From contig JANPFD010000236.1 of the NCBI GenBank assembly GCA_031423255.1, forward strand, positions 171,180 through 235,179: a DNA stretch of 64,000 nucleotides, written 5' to 3'. The notes beneath the pieces were generated by a model that saw only the letters and a list, made by a program, of their open reading frames with translations, did no database searches and was not told the DNA's origin. Every line of letters starts with the position of its first letter. Positions within the stretch are counted from its first letter, which is position 1. The translations under genes were made by a program, and so were the position numbers. Shown one piece after another: positions 14,047 through 25,283 of the stretch. Source of the DNA: Myxococcales bacterium (GTDB taxonomy: Bacteria; Myxococcota_A; Polyangia; Fen-1088).

Positions 14047-16077
14047 ATGGCCAAGGACGGCGACAGACAGCACCTGCAGGAACTGCGGAAGAAGCTCGAC
14101 GAGACCGACGCGGACATCATCCGTCTGGTCGCACAGCGCCTGCAGACCGTGGGGCTCATCGGCAAGGCCAAGGCCGAGAAACCCGACATGATCCGGGACC
14201 CGGCGCGCGAGCAGGAGGTGCTGGCGCGGGTGGAGGCGGTGGCGCAGGCGCACGGGATCTCGGGGCCTCTGGCCCGCAAGCTGTTCGCCGAGATCATCAG
14301 CCATTCGGTGTCCCGACAGACGGCTTTCCTGTCGGGTGTGGACGGTCAGCAGTTGACCGTCGCCTACCAGGGCTCCGAGTTGACCTACAACCACCTGGCG
14401 GCGCAGAAGTATGTCGCCGAGCTGGGGCTGAACGCGAAGTTCGAGGGCACGCCGTCGATCAAGAAGGTGGTCGACAGGCTGGAGTCGGGCGCGGTGGACC
14501 TGGTGCTCTTGCCGATCGAGAACACCGCCGCTGGCAGCATCAATCAGGTGTACGAGGTGCTGCGCGAGCACGATCTGCACATCGTGGGCGAGGAGACCTT
14601 CAAGGTGGAGCTTTGCCTGGTGGCGACGGCTGACGTGCCGCTGTCGACGATCCAGAGAGTGCTGTCGCACCCGCTGGCCCTGGACCAGTGCGCGGTCTTC
14701 GTCGAGGCGCTGCCGCAGGCGCGGGCGGTGCCGGCCGCTGACAGCACCGAGGCGATGCGCCTCGTGGCCGAGGCCAAGGATCCGACCCAGGCGGCGATCG
14801 GTTCGCCGGAGGCAGCCGCAGCGCACGGTCTGGCCATCCTCCGGCGCGGGATCGGCAACCAGCAGGACGTATTCATGCGTTACGTGGCCCTGGCCCGCAC
14901 ACCGGCGCCCGTGGACCCGCGCATTCCCGCCAAGACCAGCTTGATCCTGTCGACACGGCACGAACAAGGGGCGCTCCTGCGCTGCCTGCAGGTGCTGGCG
15001 GACTACGGCCTCAGCCTGACCAAGCTCGAGTCGCGTCCGCGGCCGAACCGGCCGTGGGAATACATGTTCTTCATGGATTTCGAGGGGAACATCGGCGACC
15101 CGAAGACGGCGGCGGCGCTGGACGAGATCCGGACCCAATCGCTGTTCGTGAAGGTGCTGGGTTGCTACCCGGCGAAGGCGACGCCGACGGAAGCGCAGGC
15201 CACGAATATCAAGGCTCCGCGGACCGCGACGCCCGTCGAGCTTCCTGCGCCCGAGCCGAAGCGCGCACCTGCGCCGAAGGCGAAGAGCTACAAGCTGGCC
15301 GATCGGGCGAGCCGCCCGGAGGACACCGTCGTGCGCGTCGGCGATCTGTTGATCGGCGGCGCGAGCTTCACGGTGATGGCGGGCCCCTGCGCCGTCGAGT
15401 CGGCGGACCAGATCCAGAAGACGGCGGCGTACGTCCACGAGCACGGCGCGCACATCCTGCGCGGGGGCGTCTTCAAGCAACGCACCAGCCCTTCCGCCTT
15501 CCAGGGGCTGGGCCACCAGGGCCTGGAACTCCTGGCGGCGGCGGGCAAGGCCGTCGGCATGCCCATCATCACCGAGGTGATGGCGGTCGATCAGGTGCAG
15601 GCGGTGGCCGACAAGGCCGACATCCTGCAGATCGGCGCGCGCAACATGCAGAACTTCGATCTCCTCAAGGCGGTCGGCAAGGTGGATCGGCCCGTGCTGC
15701 TCAAGCGCGGGCTCTCCAGCACCATCGACGAGTGGCTGTCGTCCGCGGAGTACATCCTCGCGCAGGGGAACGGGCAGGTGATCCTGTGCGAGCGGGGCAT
15801 CCGCACGTTCGAGAGCGCGACGCGCAACACGCTGGATCTGTCGGCAGTGGTGGTGCTGCGCGAGCGCACGCACCTGCCGGTGGTGGTCGACCCGAGCCAC
15901 GGCACGGGCAAGCGCAGCTACGTCGCCCCGATGGCCTGGGCAGCGCGCGCGTGCGGCGCACACGGCCTCTTGATCGAGGTCCACCCCGACCCCGACAAAG
16001 CGCTGTCCGACGGCGAGCAGAGCCTCAGTTTCCCCGAGTTCACGGCGCTGATGGACGGCCTGCCGCGCGCGCGGTGA
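14047..16077 (+). CDS. Trifunctional fusion of chorismate mutase (AroQ), prephenate dehydratase with ACT domain, and type I-beta DAHP synthase
   Basis: Residues 1-90 are an AroQ-type chorismate mutase. Residues about 100-380 are PDT plus ACT. After a Pro/Ala-rich linker, residues about 440-676 align closely with B. subtilis/Thermotoga-type DAHP synthase ([52 protein letters not shown]). Confidence 0.85.
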   Translation: MAKDGDRQHLQELRKKLDETDADIIRLVAQRLQTVGLIGKAKAEKPDMIRDPAREQEVLARVEAVAQAHGISGPLARKLFAEIISHSVSRQTAFLSGVDGQQLTVAYQGSELTYNHLAAQKYVAELGLNAKFEGTPSIKKVVDRLESGAVDLVLLPIENTAAGSINQVYEVLREHDLHIVGEETFKVELCLVATADVPLSTIQRVLSHPLALDQCAVFVEALPQARAVPAADSTEAMRLVAEAKDPTQAAIGSPEAAAAHGLAILRRGIGNQQDVFMRYVALARTPAPVDPRIPAKTSLILSTRHEQGALLRCLQVLADYGLSLTKLESRPRPNRPWEYMFFMDFEGNIGDPKTAAALDEIRTQSLFVKVLGCYPAKATPTEAQATNIKAPRTATPVELPAPEPKRAPAPKAKSYKLADRASRPEDTVVRVGDLLIGGASFTVMAGPCAVESADQIQKTAAYVHEHGAHILRGGVFKQRTSPSAFQGLGHQGLELLAAAGKAVGMPIITEVMAVDQVQAVADKADILQIGARNMQNFDLLKAVGKVDRPVLLKRGLSSTIDEWLSSAEYILAQGNGQVILCERGIRTFESATRNTLDLSAVVVLRERTHLPVVVDPSHGTGKRSYVAPMAWAARACGAHGLLIEVHPDPDKALSDGEQSLSFPEFTALMDGLPRAR

Positions 16078-16817
16078 TTGTCTTCGTCACAGATCCCGCC
16101 GATCCGCGTCTGGAGGACTACCGGGCGCTCAAGGAGCGGCACCTGGATCGGAAGTTCGTCGCCGAGAGCGAGGTGGTGGTCCGCAAGTTGCTCGCGAGCG
16201 GTCTCCGCGTTCATTCGATGCTGCTGACCGCACCGCGGTTGCGCGCGCTGGAGCCGATCGCCGGCGACTTTCCGGTCTACGTCGTGCCGCAGGAGGTGAT
16301 GGACGGCGTGGCCGGCTTCCACGTCCACCGCGGCTGTCTGGCCATCGGCGAGCGCCCCACCCCCGTCGTCGGCCAGCCGCGGACGGTGGTCGCGCTCGAG
16401 GATCTCGTCGCCGTGGACAACCTTGGCGCCATCGTCCGCAACGCCGCTGGCTTCGGCGTGGACGCGATCCTGCTGTCACCCCGGTGCGCGGATCCGTTCT
16501 ACCGCAAGGCGATCCGCGTTTCGGCCGGGGCCGTGTTCAACCTGCCGATCGTGCGCGCGACGCGCTGGCCGGACGATCTGCTTGCCCTGCGCCTGCCGAT
16601 CATCGGCGCCGTCCTCGACACGGACGCCGTACCGCTGGCCTCGTACGCCGCGCCTGAACGCTGGGCGCTGCTGCTGGGCGCCGAGGGACCAGGGCTGTCA
16701 GCCGAGACGAAACGGATGTGCGACGCCCGGGTGACGATCCCGATGACGAAGGCCGACTCGCTGAACGTGGCCACCGCGAGCGCGGTGTTCCTGTATCACC
16801 TGACCGGGGCCCGGTGA
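16074..16817 (+). CDS. TrmH/SpoU-family RNA 2'-O-methyltransferase
   Basis: SpoU methylase fold ([42 protein letters not shown]...[16 protein letters not shown]). The GTG start overlaps the stop of the fusion gene. Confidence 0.75.
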   Translation: MIVFVTDPADPRLEDYRALKERHLDRKFVAESEVVVRKLLASGLRVHSMLLTAPRLRALEPIAGDFPVYVVPQEVMDGVAGFHVHRGCLAIGERPTPVVGQPRTVVALEDLVAVDNLGAIVRNAAGFGVDAILLSPRCADPFYRKAIRVSAGAVFNLPIVRATRWPDDLLALRLPIIGAVLDTDAVPLASYAAPERWALLLGAEGPGLSAETKRMCDARVTIPMTKADSLNVATASAVFLYHLTGAR

Positions 16818-18480
16818 CTTCGAACGATCAGACGAGGCGCGGCCTTGGCGCTCTTTTGCCCACGTTGAGCACGGTCGCCCTCGACGGTGTTCTGGCAACC
16901 CTGGTCGTCCTGTGGGTCGTGGCGACGTCCTTCTACCGTCTGCGGTTCGGCGTCGACGTCTACGACGAGTCGTTCTACGCGGTGCTCGCGCAGCGTTTTC
17001 TTCTCGGCGACAGACCGTACATCGACGAGTACAACCTGCGACAGACCGGCAGCCTTTTCACTCTGCCGTTTTATTGGACCTACTTGCAGGTGGTCGGGTC
17101 CAACGAGGGAATCATCTACTTCCTCAGGCTCCTCTACTTTGCCCTGCAGGGCGCGGTGGCCTGGTCCGTCTACCGGTTCGCCTCGTCGTTGACCCGCTGG
17201 CCTTTCGCGCTGCTCGTGTCGGCCTTGCCCATTTCCTTCATGCCCTTTTGCGTTCCGACCTGCAGCTACAACACGTTCGGGTACTCTTTCTTCGCGATTG
17301 GTTGTTTCACGGGGCTTCGCTCGTTGCTGCTGCAGCCACTGCCGCGGCAGACCTCCGTCGTCGCAGGGATCGCGCACGGACTCGCGTGCGTGGCCTACCC
17401 GCCCCTCGTGATCCCGGTGATCGGGTTCGCCGCCGCCACGCGTTTGCACACCCGCCGCTTGTGGGGCTATGCAGCCGGTGTCGCGGGAGTCGGCGTGGTC
17501 GTCGGCGCGGCGCTCGCGCCCAGCATCGCACGAGGGTTACCCGACGCACTCGCCTACGAGGCCATGTTCACGCGCCCACGTGGCTGGACCAAGCTCGCGA
17601 GCATCCTGGGATCGGTCGTCCGGGTGGCGCCGGGTGAATGGTTGGCGTTCGCCTCGCTCGGGGTGATCGCCTGGCTGTGCCGCCGGTATCCGGTGCTTCG
17701 AAAGGTCCTCCTCCCTGCGCTCCTTCCTCTTGTCATCTGGTGGTTCAGCGAGGTCCGCCCCGAGTTCGATCACCTCGTCCTCCGCCATGCGCTCAGTCTG
17801 CAGGCGACTGTCTCCCTGGGTCTGCTGTGCGGCTTCTTCCTTCTCTTTGCCACCTCCGGGCCCGTCAGACGCACGCTGTTTTACGGCGGTTTTCTGCCCT
17901 CGCTGCTGGCAGGTGTCACCATTGCCTTCGCCAGTGATCAGACAGGCAGCATGAACGCCGGCCTCGGCCTGTTCGTCGCTGCCGCCCTGGGCCTGGTTGC
18001 GCTTGGCACCGCCGCGCCGGGCCGGGCCGCTGCGTTTTTCACGACGGCATTGGTAGCGACCGTTCCCCTCGGCTTCGTCGAAGCTGGTTATTCGACGATC
18101 TACGGCGCCCGGGGGATCGAGGAGCAGACGACGGAGATGACGAGCGGTCCCTTCAAGGGTCTGTTCACCGAAGCGAGGACCGCCGGGCGGCTCGCCGAGC
18201 TCAGCGCCGTGCTGGCGGAGTTCACGAGCCCGGGCGAACGGCTTCTGGTGTATTACGGCTATCCGGCGGCATACCTGCTCTCGACGACGCGTCCTGCGCT
18301 GCCGACTTCCTGGAGCGACAGGCGCGCTCGGTACGAGGGGATGCTGGACTACTACCGCGAGCACCGGACCGGAAAGGGCACGGCCGTCGTGATCAAGGTC
18401 GGCGATGGAATCTCTCCAGCGCTCGAGTCGTTGGTCGAAGATCCGGCGCGGTTGATCCGGAACGGCGGCTGGTACCGCCT

Positions 18481-18502
<22 letters not shown>
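16814..18502 (+). CDS. Integral membrane protein, GT-C / glycosyltransferase family 39-like
   Basis: Many TM helices and a periplasmic C-terminal domain. The GTG start overlaps the TrmH stop, but the start is uncertain. Confidence 0.55.
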
Positions 18503-19392
<890 letters not shown>

Positions 19393-19404
19393 GGTAGCGC
19401 GCGG

Positions 19405-19992
19405 CTACTGCGTGATCTTTCGTTTGTCCTGTTCCACCTTGCGCTGCAAGTGGTCCAGGACCGGCTGGGCCTGCTTGAGGCGCCCGGCCAGGCTCTTCTC
19501 GGTGATCGGGTACTCGGTGCCGAACCGCAGCCCTTCGTCGTAAAGGAAGGTACCGACCTCCTCGTCATCCACGAACTGGGGGATCTTCTTCCGCGCGTAG
19601 ACCGCCTTGCGCAGCGTCGGCCACTTTGCGTCGACCCAGGCGATGATGTCGGGGCCGATGGCCTTGCCGAACACCGCCAGTTCCTCGTCGAGCCGGCTGT
19701 AGTTCTCGGCGAAACGGTCGCGGAACGCCGTCGCGGTCTCGCCGCCCTCGCTCGCGATCTTGCGCAGCGCCAGGCGGAACAGGATCGCGTCCTCGGCGTA
19801 TCGGATGGACGGCTCCACGTTGCCGTCCTTGGGCGAGATGATGTGCACCACCGCAGCGGCGGCCATCTCGCGGAGGTCGTGCTCCAGATCCGGCTCGGCC
19901 ACGGCCTCGAGCAGCACCTTGACATCGAATGGCAGCGACACCAGCGCCTTGGCGAGCGTGTCGAGGAAGGTCCGTTCAGTCTCCTTTTCCAT
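19405..19992 (-). CDS. Conserved hypothetical protein (195 aa, acidic, predicted helical)
   Basis: ATG at 19992 (MEKETERTFLD...). The longer ORF-track extension to 20733 overlaps the M14 peptidase gene on the same strand and was rejected. Confidence 0.5.
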   Translation of the reverse strand: MEKETERTFLDTLAKALVSLPFDVKVLLEAVAEPDLEHDLREMAAAAVVHIISPKDGNVEPSIRYAEDAILFRLALRKIASEGGETATAFRDRFAENYSRLDEELAVFGKAIGPDIIAWVDAKWPTLRKAVYARKKIPQFVDDEEVGTFLYDEGLRFGTEYPITEKSLAGRLKQAQPVLDHLQRKVEQDKRKITQ

Positions 19993-20009
19993 GGTTGGTC
20001 CGTCGGATA

Positions 20010-20690
20010 CTACCTGATTCTTTCGACTTGGATAGCCGTTTGCAGCGCGGCGCGGGCCTGCGCCGCGAACGTGGAATAAGGCCCCGGAGGCAGTTCCAGC
20101 GTCAACACCGGCAGCCCGCGGTCGTGGCCCAGCCAGCTTCCGAACGACCCTGGCGTCGGGTATCCGATGTCGGCCTGCGCGGGCCATCCGCACGCTGCCG
20201 CCACGGCGCGTGCCCAGCGCTCGGCGGGCCCGTCGTAGTTGACGCACGCGAACGGCGCATGCACCGCCACGACTCCCTCGCAGCCGAGGCGCTCGACCAG
20301 CGCGGCAAGCACATGCGTCTCGGGTTCGGACAGCGGCGACGGCCCGGGAAAATAACCGGCGTTGTGGGTGGTGGTGAAGTTCGCGGCGGGGAAATTGCGG
20401 TTGAGGTCCACGTCGCGCGCCGAATTCTTGATGCCGGCGGCCAGGCCGTCGGGGTTCAACGCCGGCAGCACCCAGACGCACCCCGTGGGTGGGTTGTCGC
20501 GCAGGTACGTGCACAGCTCGACGGCGGCCTCGACGCTGCTGGGTTCGTTGCCATGCATGCCGCCCACGACCAATCGGGATGGCGCCGTCGTGGGGCCGAA
20601 GACGGTGGCGCGTATCGGTCGACCTTCCGTCGAGCGCCCGATCTCGGGCAGCCCGAGCACCTCGACGAGAGTCACCACGTCTGCCGGCAC
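20010..20690 (-). CDS. M14-family zinc carboxypeptidase-like protein (MpaA / succinylglutamate desuccinylase-aspartoacylase superfamily)
   Basis: GGMHGNEPSS zinc-binding motif and the expected size. It starts with GTG at 20690. Confidence 0.7.
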   Translation of the reverse strand: MPADVVTLVEVLGLPEIGRSTEGRPIRATVFGPTTAPSRLVVGGMHGNEPSSVEAAVELCTYLRDNPPTGCVWVLPALNPDGLAAGIKNSARDVDLNRNFPAANFTTTHNAGYFPGPSPLSEPETHVLAALVERLGCEGVVAVHAPFACVNYDGPAERWARAVAAACGWPAQADIGYPTPGSFGSWLGHDRGLPVLTLELPPGPYSTFAAQARAALQTAIQVERIR

Positions 20691-20707
20691 GGAGGTATTC
20701 TACCGCC

Positions 20708-22045
20708 ATGGCCACGACCCTGGGCGCCGCCAAGGCGCAGGCGCGACGACTGCTCGAGGAAGGTGACTACGCGCGCGCGCTGCGGGCCTACGACCAGATC
20801 CTAACCGCGGTGCCGCTCGACTACGAGGTGCGCTTCCGCGTCGCCGACGTGCTGGCGAAGGTGGGCATGGCCGCCGAGGCTGCCGAGGTTTATCGGGCCG
20901 TCGCCATGCACGACATCGGCAGCGGTCACCCCTTGCCCGCGATCGTCGCCTGCCAGGCACTCGAAGCCCTGGGCGAAAACGCGGACGACGTGCGCAAGCA
21001 ACTGGCGACGACGTACGCCTCGGGATCGCCACAACTGGCGCGGGTCGCCGTGCGCGAGGCGCCCGTGGATCCGAAGACGGCAGTGCCGCCGGCGGACCTG
21101 GCGACGACCGAGCCACTCGACCGCGTCGTGGAGCGGGCCCGCAAGCGCGCGCTCGACCTGTCGGCGTTCGCAGGTGACAAGCAGCAACTGCATCCGCTGC
21201 CGTTCTTCTCGGAGCTTGCCCACGACTCGTTCCTGGCAGTGGTGAGGTCGCTGCAGATCCGGCGTCTCGGCGACGGCGATCTGGTGATCCGCCAGGGCGA
21301 CCCCGGACGCGCGCTGTACCTGGTTGCCGCCGGCGAACTGCGCGTGTTCGTGACGGGAGACAAGGGCGAAAAGGAGATCGCGCGTCTCTACGAGAACACG
21401 CTCTTCGGCGAGATGGCGCTCATCACCGACCAGCCACGCAGCGCATCGGTGGCCGTGGTGGGGGAGGCCGACGTCATCGAGGTGAGCCGCGAGGCGCTGG
21501 ACCGGGTGACGGCGACGATCCCCGCCATCGCCGAGGTGCTCGACAGGTTCACGCGCGAGCGGTTGATCCGCAACCTGCTGCAGACCTCGCCCCTGTTCGC
21601 GCCGTTCACGCCAGGGCAGCAGTCGGACCTGCTCCGCCGCTTCGAGGGGCACGAGGTCGAGGCCGGCGCCGAGGTGATCAAGCAAGGACAGCCCGGCATC
21701 GGGTTGTTCGTGGTGCTGTCGGGCGCACTGGAGGTCACGGCGCACAAGGGAAATGACCAGGCGCCCGTCGAACTCGCGGTGCTACGCGCCGGGGACATCT
21801 TCGGCGAGATGTCGCTGGTCAGCCAGCAGCCCACCTCGGCCACCGTCCGCGCCCGATCGAAGTCCGCGCTGCTGTTCCTGGCGCGCACCTACGTCGAGCG
21901 GCTGGCCGCCGGCATCCCGGCAGTGGCGGCCTTTTTCGAGGACGTGGCCCTGCGACGCGCCCGCGACAACAGTGTGAGGCTGGCACGCCTGGGCGGCCCC
22001 CCGGAGCCGATCGAGCTCGATGATGCCGACGTCTTGCTTCTGTAA
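20708..22045 (+). CDS. Tandem cyclic-nucleotide-binding (CAP_ED) domain protein with an N-terminal TPR-like region
   Basis: Two cNMP-binding signatures (FGEMALI..RSASV and FGEMSLV..TSATV). Confidence 0.75.
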   Translation: MATTLGAAKAQARRLLEEGDYARALRAYDQILTAVPLDYEVRFRVADVLAKVGMAAEAAEVYRAVAMHDIGSGHPLPAIVACQALEALGENADDVRKQLATTYASGSPQLARVAVREAPVDPKTAVPPADLATTEPLDRVVERARKRALDLSAFAGDKQQLHPLPFFSELAHDSFLAVVRSLQIRRLGDGDLVIRQGDPGRALYLVAAGELRVFVTGDKGEKEIARLYENTLFGEMALITDQPRSASVAVVGEADVIEVSREALDRVTATIPAIAEVLDRFTRERLIRNLLQTSPLFAPFTPGQQSDLLRRFEGHEVEAGAEVIKQGQPGIGLFVVLSGALEVTAHKGNDQAPVELAVLRAGDIFGEMSLVSQQPTSATVRARSKSALLFLARTYVERLAAGIPAVAAFFEDVALRRARDNSVRLARLGGPPEPIELDDADVLLL

Positions 22046-22083
22046 GGTTTGATTCAACGCGCCGCGGCCGGTATGGTTCCACT

Positions 22084-22998
22084 GTGATGAAGCGCTTGTT
22101 TCTCGTGCTTGCCGCGTTGATCCTTTTCCAGAGCGCCGCGGAGGCTGCGCGGTCGGGCGGTAGCTTCGGCGGCCGCGGGGGGTTCCGCTCGGCGCCGCGA
22201 GGGTCGTATTCGCGGCCCGCTCCCAGCGGCTATGGAAGCCGCGGCCCGAACATCATCTTCTTCCCGGGCTTCGGATGGGGCGGTGGCTACGGTATGGGCG
22301 GCGGCGGCTTCACCACCATGTTGATCCTGGGCGTGCTTGGCGTAGGTCTGGTGATGGCGTTCCGGAGCCAGATCCGCAACCACGCCCTCGGCCGCTCACG
22401 CAATGACTCGGACGAGGCCCCCGTCTGGGATCGCGCCTTCGTCTACAAGGTTCAGCTGGGGCTCGGCCGGTCGGCGCGGCAGATCCAGGAGCGCCTGGCG
22501 CGTTTCGCCGCCGAGGGGGATACCAGCACCGAGGCGGGGCTGACGCAGCTCCTGCAACAGACCTCGCTCGAGCTGCTGCGCGAAAAAGACGCCATCCGCT
22601 ACGCGGCCATCGAGCAGAGCGGCCCGATGAGCATGCAGAACGGCGAGACCAAGCTGAACGGGGCCTCACTGGCCGAGCGGTCGCGGTTCCAGATCGAGCG
22701 CGTGCGGGGCACGGACGGCAAGGTTCACAAATCCGACGTCGTGGCCAAGGAGAGCTCGGAGGCGCTGGAATACGTGGTGGTCACCCTGGTGCTAGCCACC
22801 CGGGAGCCGCTGCGTGACCTGCCGTCAATAACCGAGATGACCGAGCGCGACCAGATGGATGCCGTGCTGGGTCAGCTCGGAGGTGTGCCGCACGACTCGC
22901 TGCTGGGGCTCGAGGTCATCTGGACACCCGCGGACGCGGAGGACAGCCTGACGCAGATGGATCTGATGACGGCGTACCCGCAGATGCGGAGCCTCTAG
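22084..22998 (+). CDS. DUF1517-family secreted/membrane protein
   Basis: Signal peptide, a Gly-rich region, one TM helix, then a conserved C-terminal domain. The architecture matches DUF1517 proteins. Confidence 0.55.
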   Translation: MMKRLFLVLAALILFQSAAEAARSGGSFGGRGGFRSAPRGSYSRPAPSGYGSRGPNIIFFPGFGWGGGYGMGGGGFTTMLILGVLGVGLVMAFRSQIRNHALGRSRNDSDEAPVWDRAFVYKVQLGLGRSARQIQERLARFAAEGDTSTEAGLTQLLQQTSLELLREKDAIRYAAIEQSGPMSMQNGETKLNGASLAERSRFQIERVRGTDGKVHKSDVVAKESSEALEYVVVTLVLATREPLRDLPSITEMTERDQMDAVLGQLGGVPHDSLLGLEVIWTPADAEDSLTQMDLMTAYPQMRSL

Positions 22999-23000
22999 AC

Positions 23001-23234
23001 GTGCCTCCTGCCACGGTGCCGATGTCCCGGCTGCTGATCGACGCGGCCATCTTCGGTCTGGCGGGCATCGCGCTCCTCATCATCGGCTACTACGTCTGGG
23101 AGCTGGTGACCCCCTACAATCTGCGGCGCGAGCTGCACGAGAACAAGAACCTCGCGGTGGCAGTGGTGTGCGCCGCCCTCATCATCGGCATGGCGATAGT
23201 CATCGCCGCTGCACTGATCGCCAGTCGCCGGTAA
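23001..23234 (+). CDS. DUF350-family small membrane protein
   Basis: 77 aa with two TM helices and a central ELHENKNLAVAV motif. It starts 3 nt after the DUF1517 gene. Confidence 0.6.
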   Translation: MPPATVPMSRLLIDAAIFGLAGIALLIIGYYVWELVTPYNLRRELHENKNLAVAVVCAALIIGMAIVIAAALIASRR

Positions 23235-23270
23235 TTTTCTGGTAAGGTCGCCACTCTCCGTCGGCTAACG

Positions 23271-24818
23271 ATGAACAAGCTGGTCATCGAGGATGAAGAA
23301 GGTAAAGCGGTCGCCGTACCGCTGATCCGTGACGAGATCACGATCGGACGTCAGGAAGGGAACACCATCCGCCTGACGGAGCGGAACGTGTCGCGCCGGC
23401 ACGCCCGGTTCCAGCGCCGCGAGGGCGGCCAGTACTTCGTCGAGGACCTGTCGAGTTACACGGGCACCAAGGTCAACGGGTTGCCTATCAACGGCGCCGT
23501 GCCGGTCAAGGAGGGCGACCACGTCTCCATCGGCGACTACAAGCTGTCGATCAAGATAGAGCGTCCCGCGGGGGCCACGCTCGGCCACCAGCAGGCCGCG
23601 GCCTCACCGATCCCGCCCGCGCCCGTCGTGCCCGTCGCTCCCTTCCCCCGTGTGCCGACACCCATGGGCATCCCCGCCATGCCTCCTCCGGTCACACCGG
23701 CCATGGCCGTACCGCCCGTGGCGACGCCGTTGCCCCCCTTGGCACCGGCCGCCGACCCGATCGACGGCGCCCCGACGATCCCTGTGCGCGCCATGGTGGA
23801 GCAAGCACCCGCCGCCAGCGGCCCGCCAGCCAGGCTGGTGGTGATCACCTCGCCCCTGCAGGGCCAGGAGCACCCCCTCGATCGTCCATCGATGGTGATC
23901 GGTCGGACGCCCGAGAACGACATCGTGGTGAACCACAAGTCCATCTCACGCCACCACGCGAAGATCGTGCGTGACGGCGAGCGCTACGTCGTGGTCGACC
24001 TGGAGAGTGCGAACGGCGTCCGCGTCAACGGGGCTCAGTTCGATAGAGTCGATCTGAATCCGGGCGATGTGATCGAACTCGGGCATGTGCGGCTCCGCTT
24101 TTCGTCGGGCGACGACATGGGCTTCGACGGCGATGACTACGCGGCCGGCGGTTCATCGAAGAAGCCGATGGTGATCGGCGGCCTGGTGGTGGCGGTCCTG
24201 GCGGTGGGCGTGGCGGTGTTTGCCTTCTCGGGAAACAAGGCCGCACCACCGGAACCTCCGAAGGTCGCGGCACCCGCCCCCACCCCGCCCGCGCCGACCC
24301 CGCCCACGCCGGAGCCCACGCCGCCCGCGGCCGAGCCACCGCCCTCGGAGCTACCGCCCGTGATTGCCGCGAAACCGCCCGCGCCCGAGCCCGCGCCGGA
24401 GCCGGAGCCCGCCGCCAAGGAACCCCCGCCGGTACGCGAGCGGCCCCGCAGCGAACGCAAGGTGGCTACCGCCGAACCGGCCCCGATCCGCCCGACGCGA
24501 GCACCTGCGCCACGACCGACGGCGGCGCTCGAGCCGGGTCGCGAGCAGGCCGCGCCGGCGGCGGTGGGCGACCCCGAGGCGCTGATGAAAGATGCGCAGG
24601 ACGCCTGGCTCAAGGGCCAGTTCGCGGCCGCGGTCGAGGCAGCGCGCAAGGCCCTGCGGGCGAAGCCCGGGCTGGCGCGGGCCTACCAGATCATCGCGGT
24701 CTGTTCCTGCTCGCTCAAGGATGCGGACACCGCGTCCAAGGCGTACGACCGCCTCGACGACCGGAACAAGCAGATGGTCAAGACCCTCTGCCAGAAGAGC
24801 GGCGTGACGCTGCAGTAG
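23271..24818 (+). CDS. Tandem FHA-domain protein with a TM helix, Pro-rich spacer and C-terminal TPR
   Basis: Two FHA signatures (GR..N.I.L....VSRRHA... and GR....DIVV....ISRHHAKI). Confidence 0.8.
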   Translation: MNKLVIEDEEGKAVAVPLIRDEITIGRQEGNTIRLTERNVSRRHARFQRREGGQYFVEDLSSYTGTKVNGLPINGAVPVKEGDHVSIGDYKLSIKIERPAGATLGHQQAAASPIPPAPVVPVAPFPRVPTPMGIPAMPPPVTPAMAVPPVATPLPPLAPAADPIDGAPTIPVRAMVEQAPAASGPPARLVVITSPLQGQEHPLDRPSMVIGRTPENDIVVNHKSISRHHAKIVRDGERYVVVDLESANGVRVNGAQFDRVDLNPGDVIELGHVRLRFSSGDDMGFDGDDYAAGGSSKKPMVIGGLVVAVLAVGVAVFAFSGNKAAPPEPPKVAAPAPTPPAPTPPTPEPTPPAAEPPPSELPPVIAAKPPAPEPAPEPEPAAKEPPPVRERPRSERKVATAEPAPIRPTRAPAPRPTAALEPGREQAAPAAVGDPEALMKDAQDAWLKGQFAAAVEAARKALRAKPGLARAYQIIAVCSCSLKDADTASKAYDRLDDRNKQMVKTLCQKSGVTLQ

Positions 24819-24821
24819 CCG

Positions 24822-25247
24822 CTACTTCTTTTTTTCCAGGTCGACGTAAGCGTTGCCCGGTTGGGCCTGCTTCTCGACCGGCAGGTTCGAATCGGCCCAG
24901 CCGGCGAAGGCCACCCGGCCCATCGGATCGCGCTCGCCGTGGAAACCGCCACGCACATCGACGATCTGCGTGTAGCCGGCCGCCTCGAGGAACGCGGACG
25001 CCTGCGCCGACCGACCGCCCGACTTGCAGCCCACGACGAGCTTCGTGTCCCTGGGAAAATTCGACTCGACGACCCGCTGGAAGTCGGGGTTGGGAGCCAT
25101 GCGTCCCGACTGGGCGTGCAGCAGCGGCACGTTCGCGGCGCCCGCCGGATGGCCTTCGTCGAACTCCGGGATCGACCGCACATCCAGATAGCGCCAGCCC
25201 TGCTTCATCAACACGGCCGCTTCAGCCGATGAAATTCGCTTCGCCAT
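24822..25247 (-). CDS. Rhodanese-domain sulfurtransferase
   Basis: Active-site loop VVGCKSGGRS within a single rhodanese fold. Confidence 0.8.
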   Translation of the reverse strand: MAKRISSAEAAVLMKQGWRYLDVRSIPEFDEGHPAGAANVPLLHAQSGRMAPNPDFQRVVESNFPRDTKLVVGCKSGGRSAQASAFLEAAGYTQIVDVRGGFHGERDPMGRVAFAGWADSNLPVEKQAQPGNAYVDLEKKK

Positions 25248-25283
25248 GGGAGGTCATCTAGCATGAAGAACAGCCGCTGAGGT

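Noticed and set aside
14035-15984. 649-aa ORF on the minus strand
   Set aside because: It is antisense to the well-supported chorismate mutase-PDT-DAHP synthase gene, and its translation is Arg/Gln/Leu-rich with no domain.
20489-20707. N-terminal extension of the cNMP-binding protein ORF
   Set aside because: It overlaps the M14 peptidase gene on the opposite strand, and the ATG at 20708 gives a sensible N-terminus right after that gene.
19993-20733. Upstream extension of the 195-aa hypothetical ORF, giving a 442-aa ORF
   Set aside because: It overlaps the M14 peptidase gene on the same strand in a different frame. The peptidase has clear homology (GGMHGNE), whereas the extension is Arg/Ala-rich.
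24822-24840. T-rich run (ttctttttttcc) that looks like a terminator tail
   Set aside because: It is the reverse complement of the rhodanese C-terminal codons (..EKKK-stop), so it is coding sequence, and there is no convincing upstream GC hairpin.
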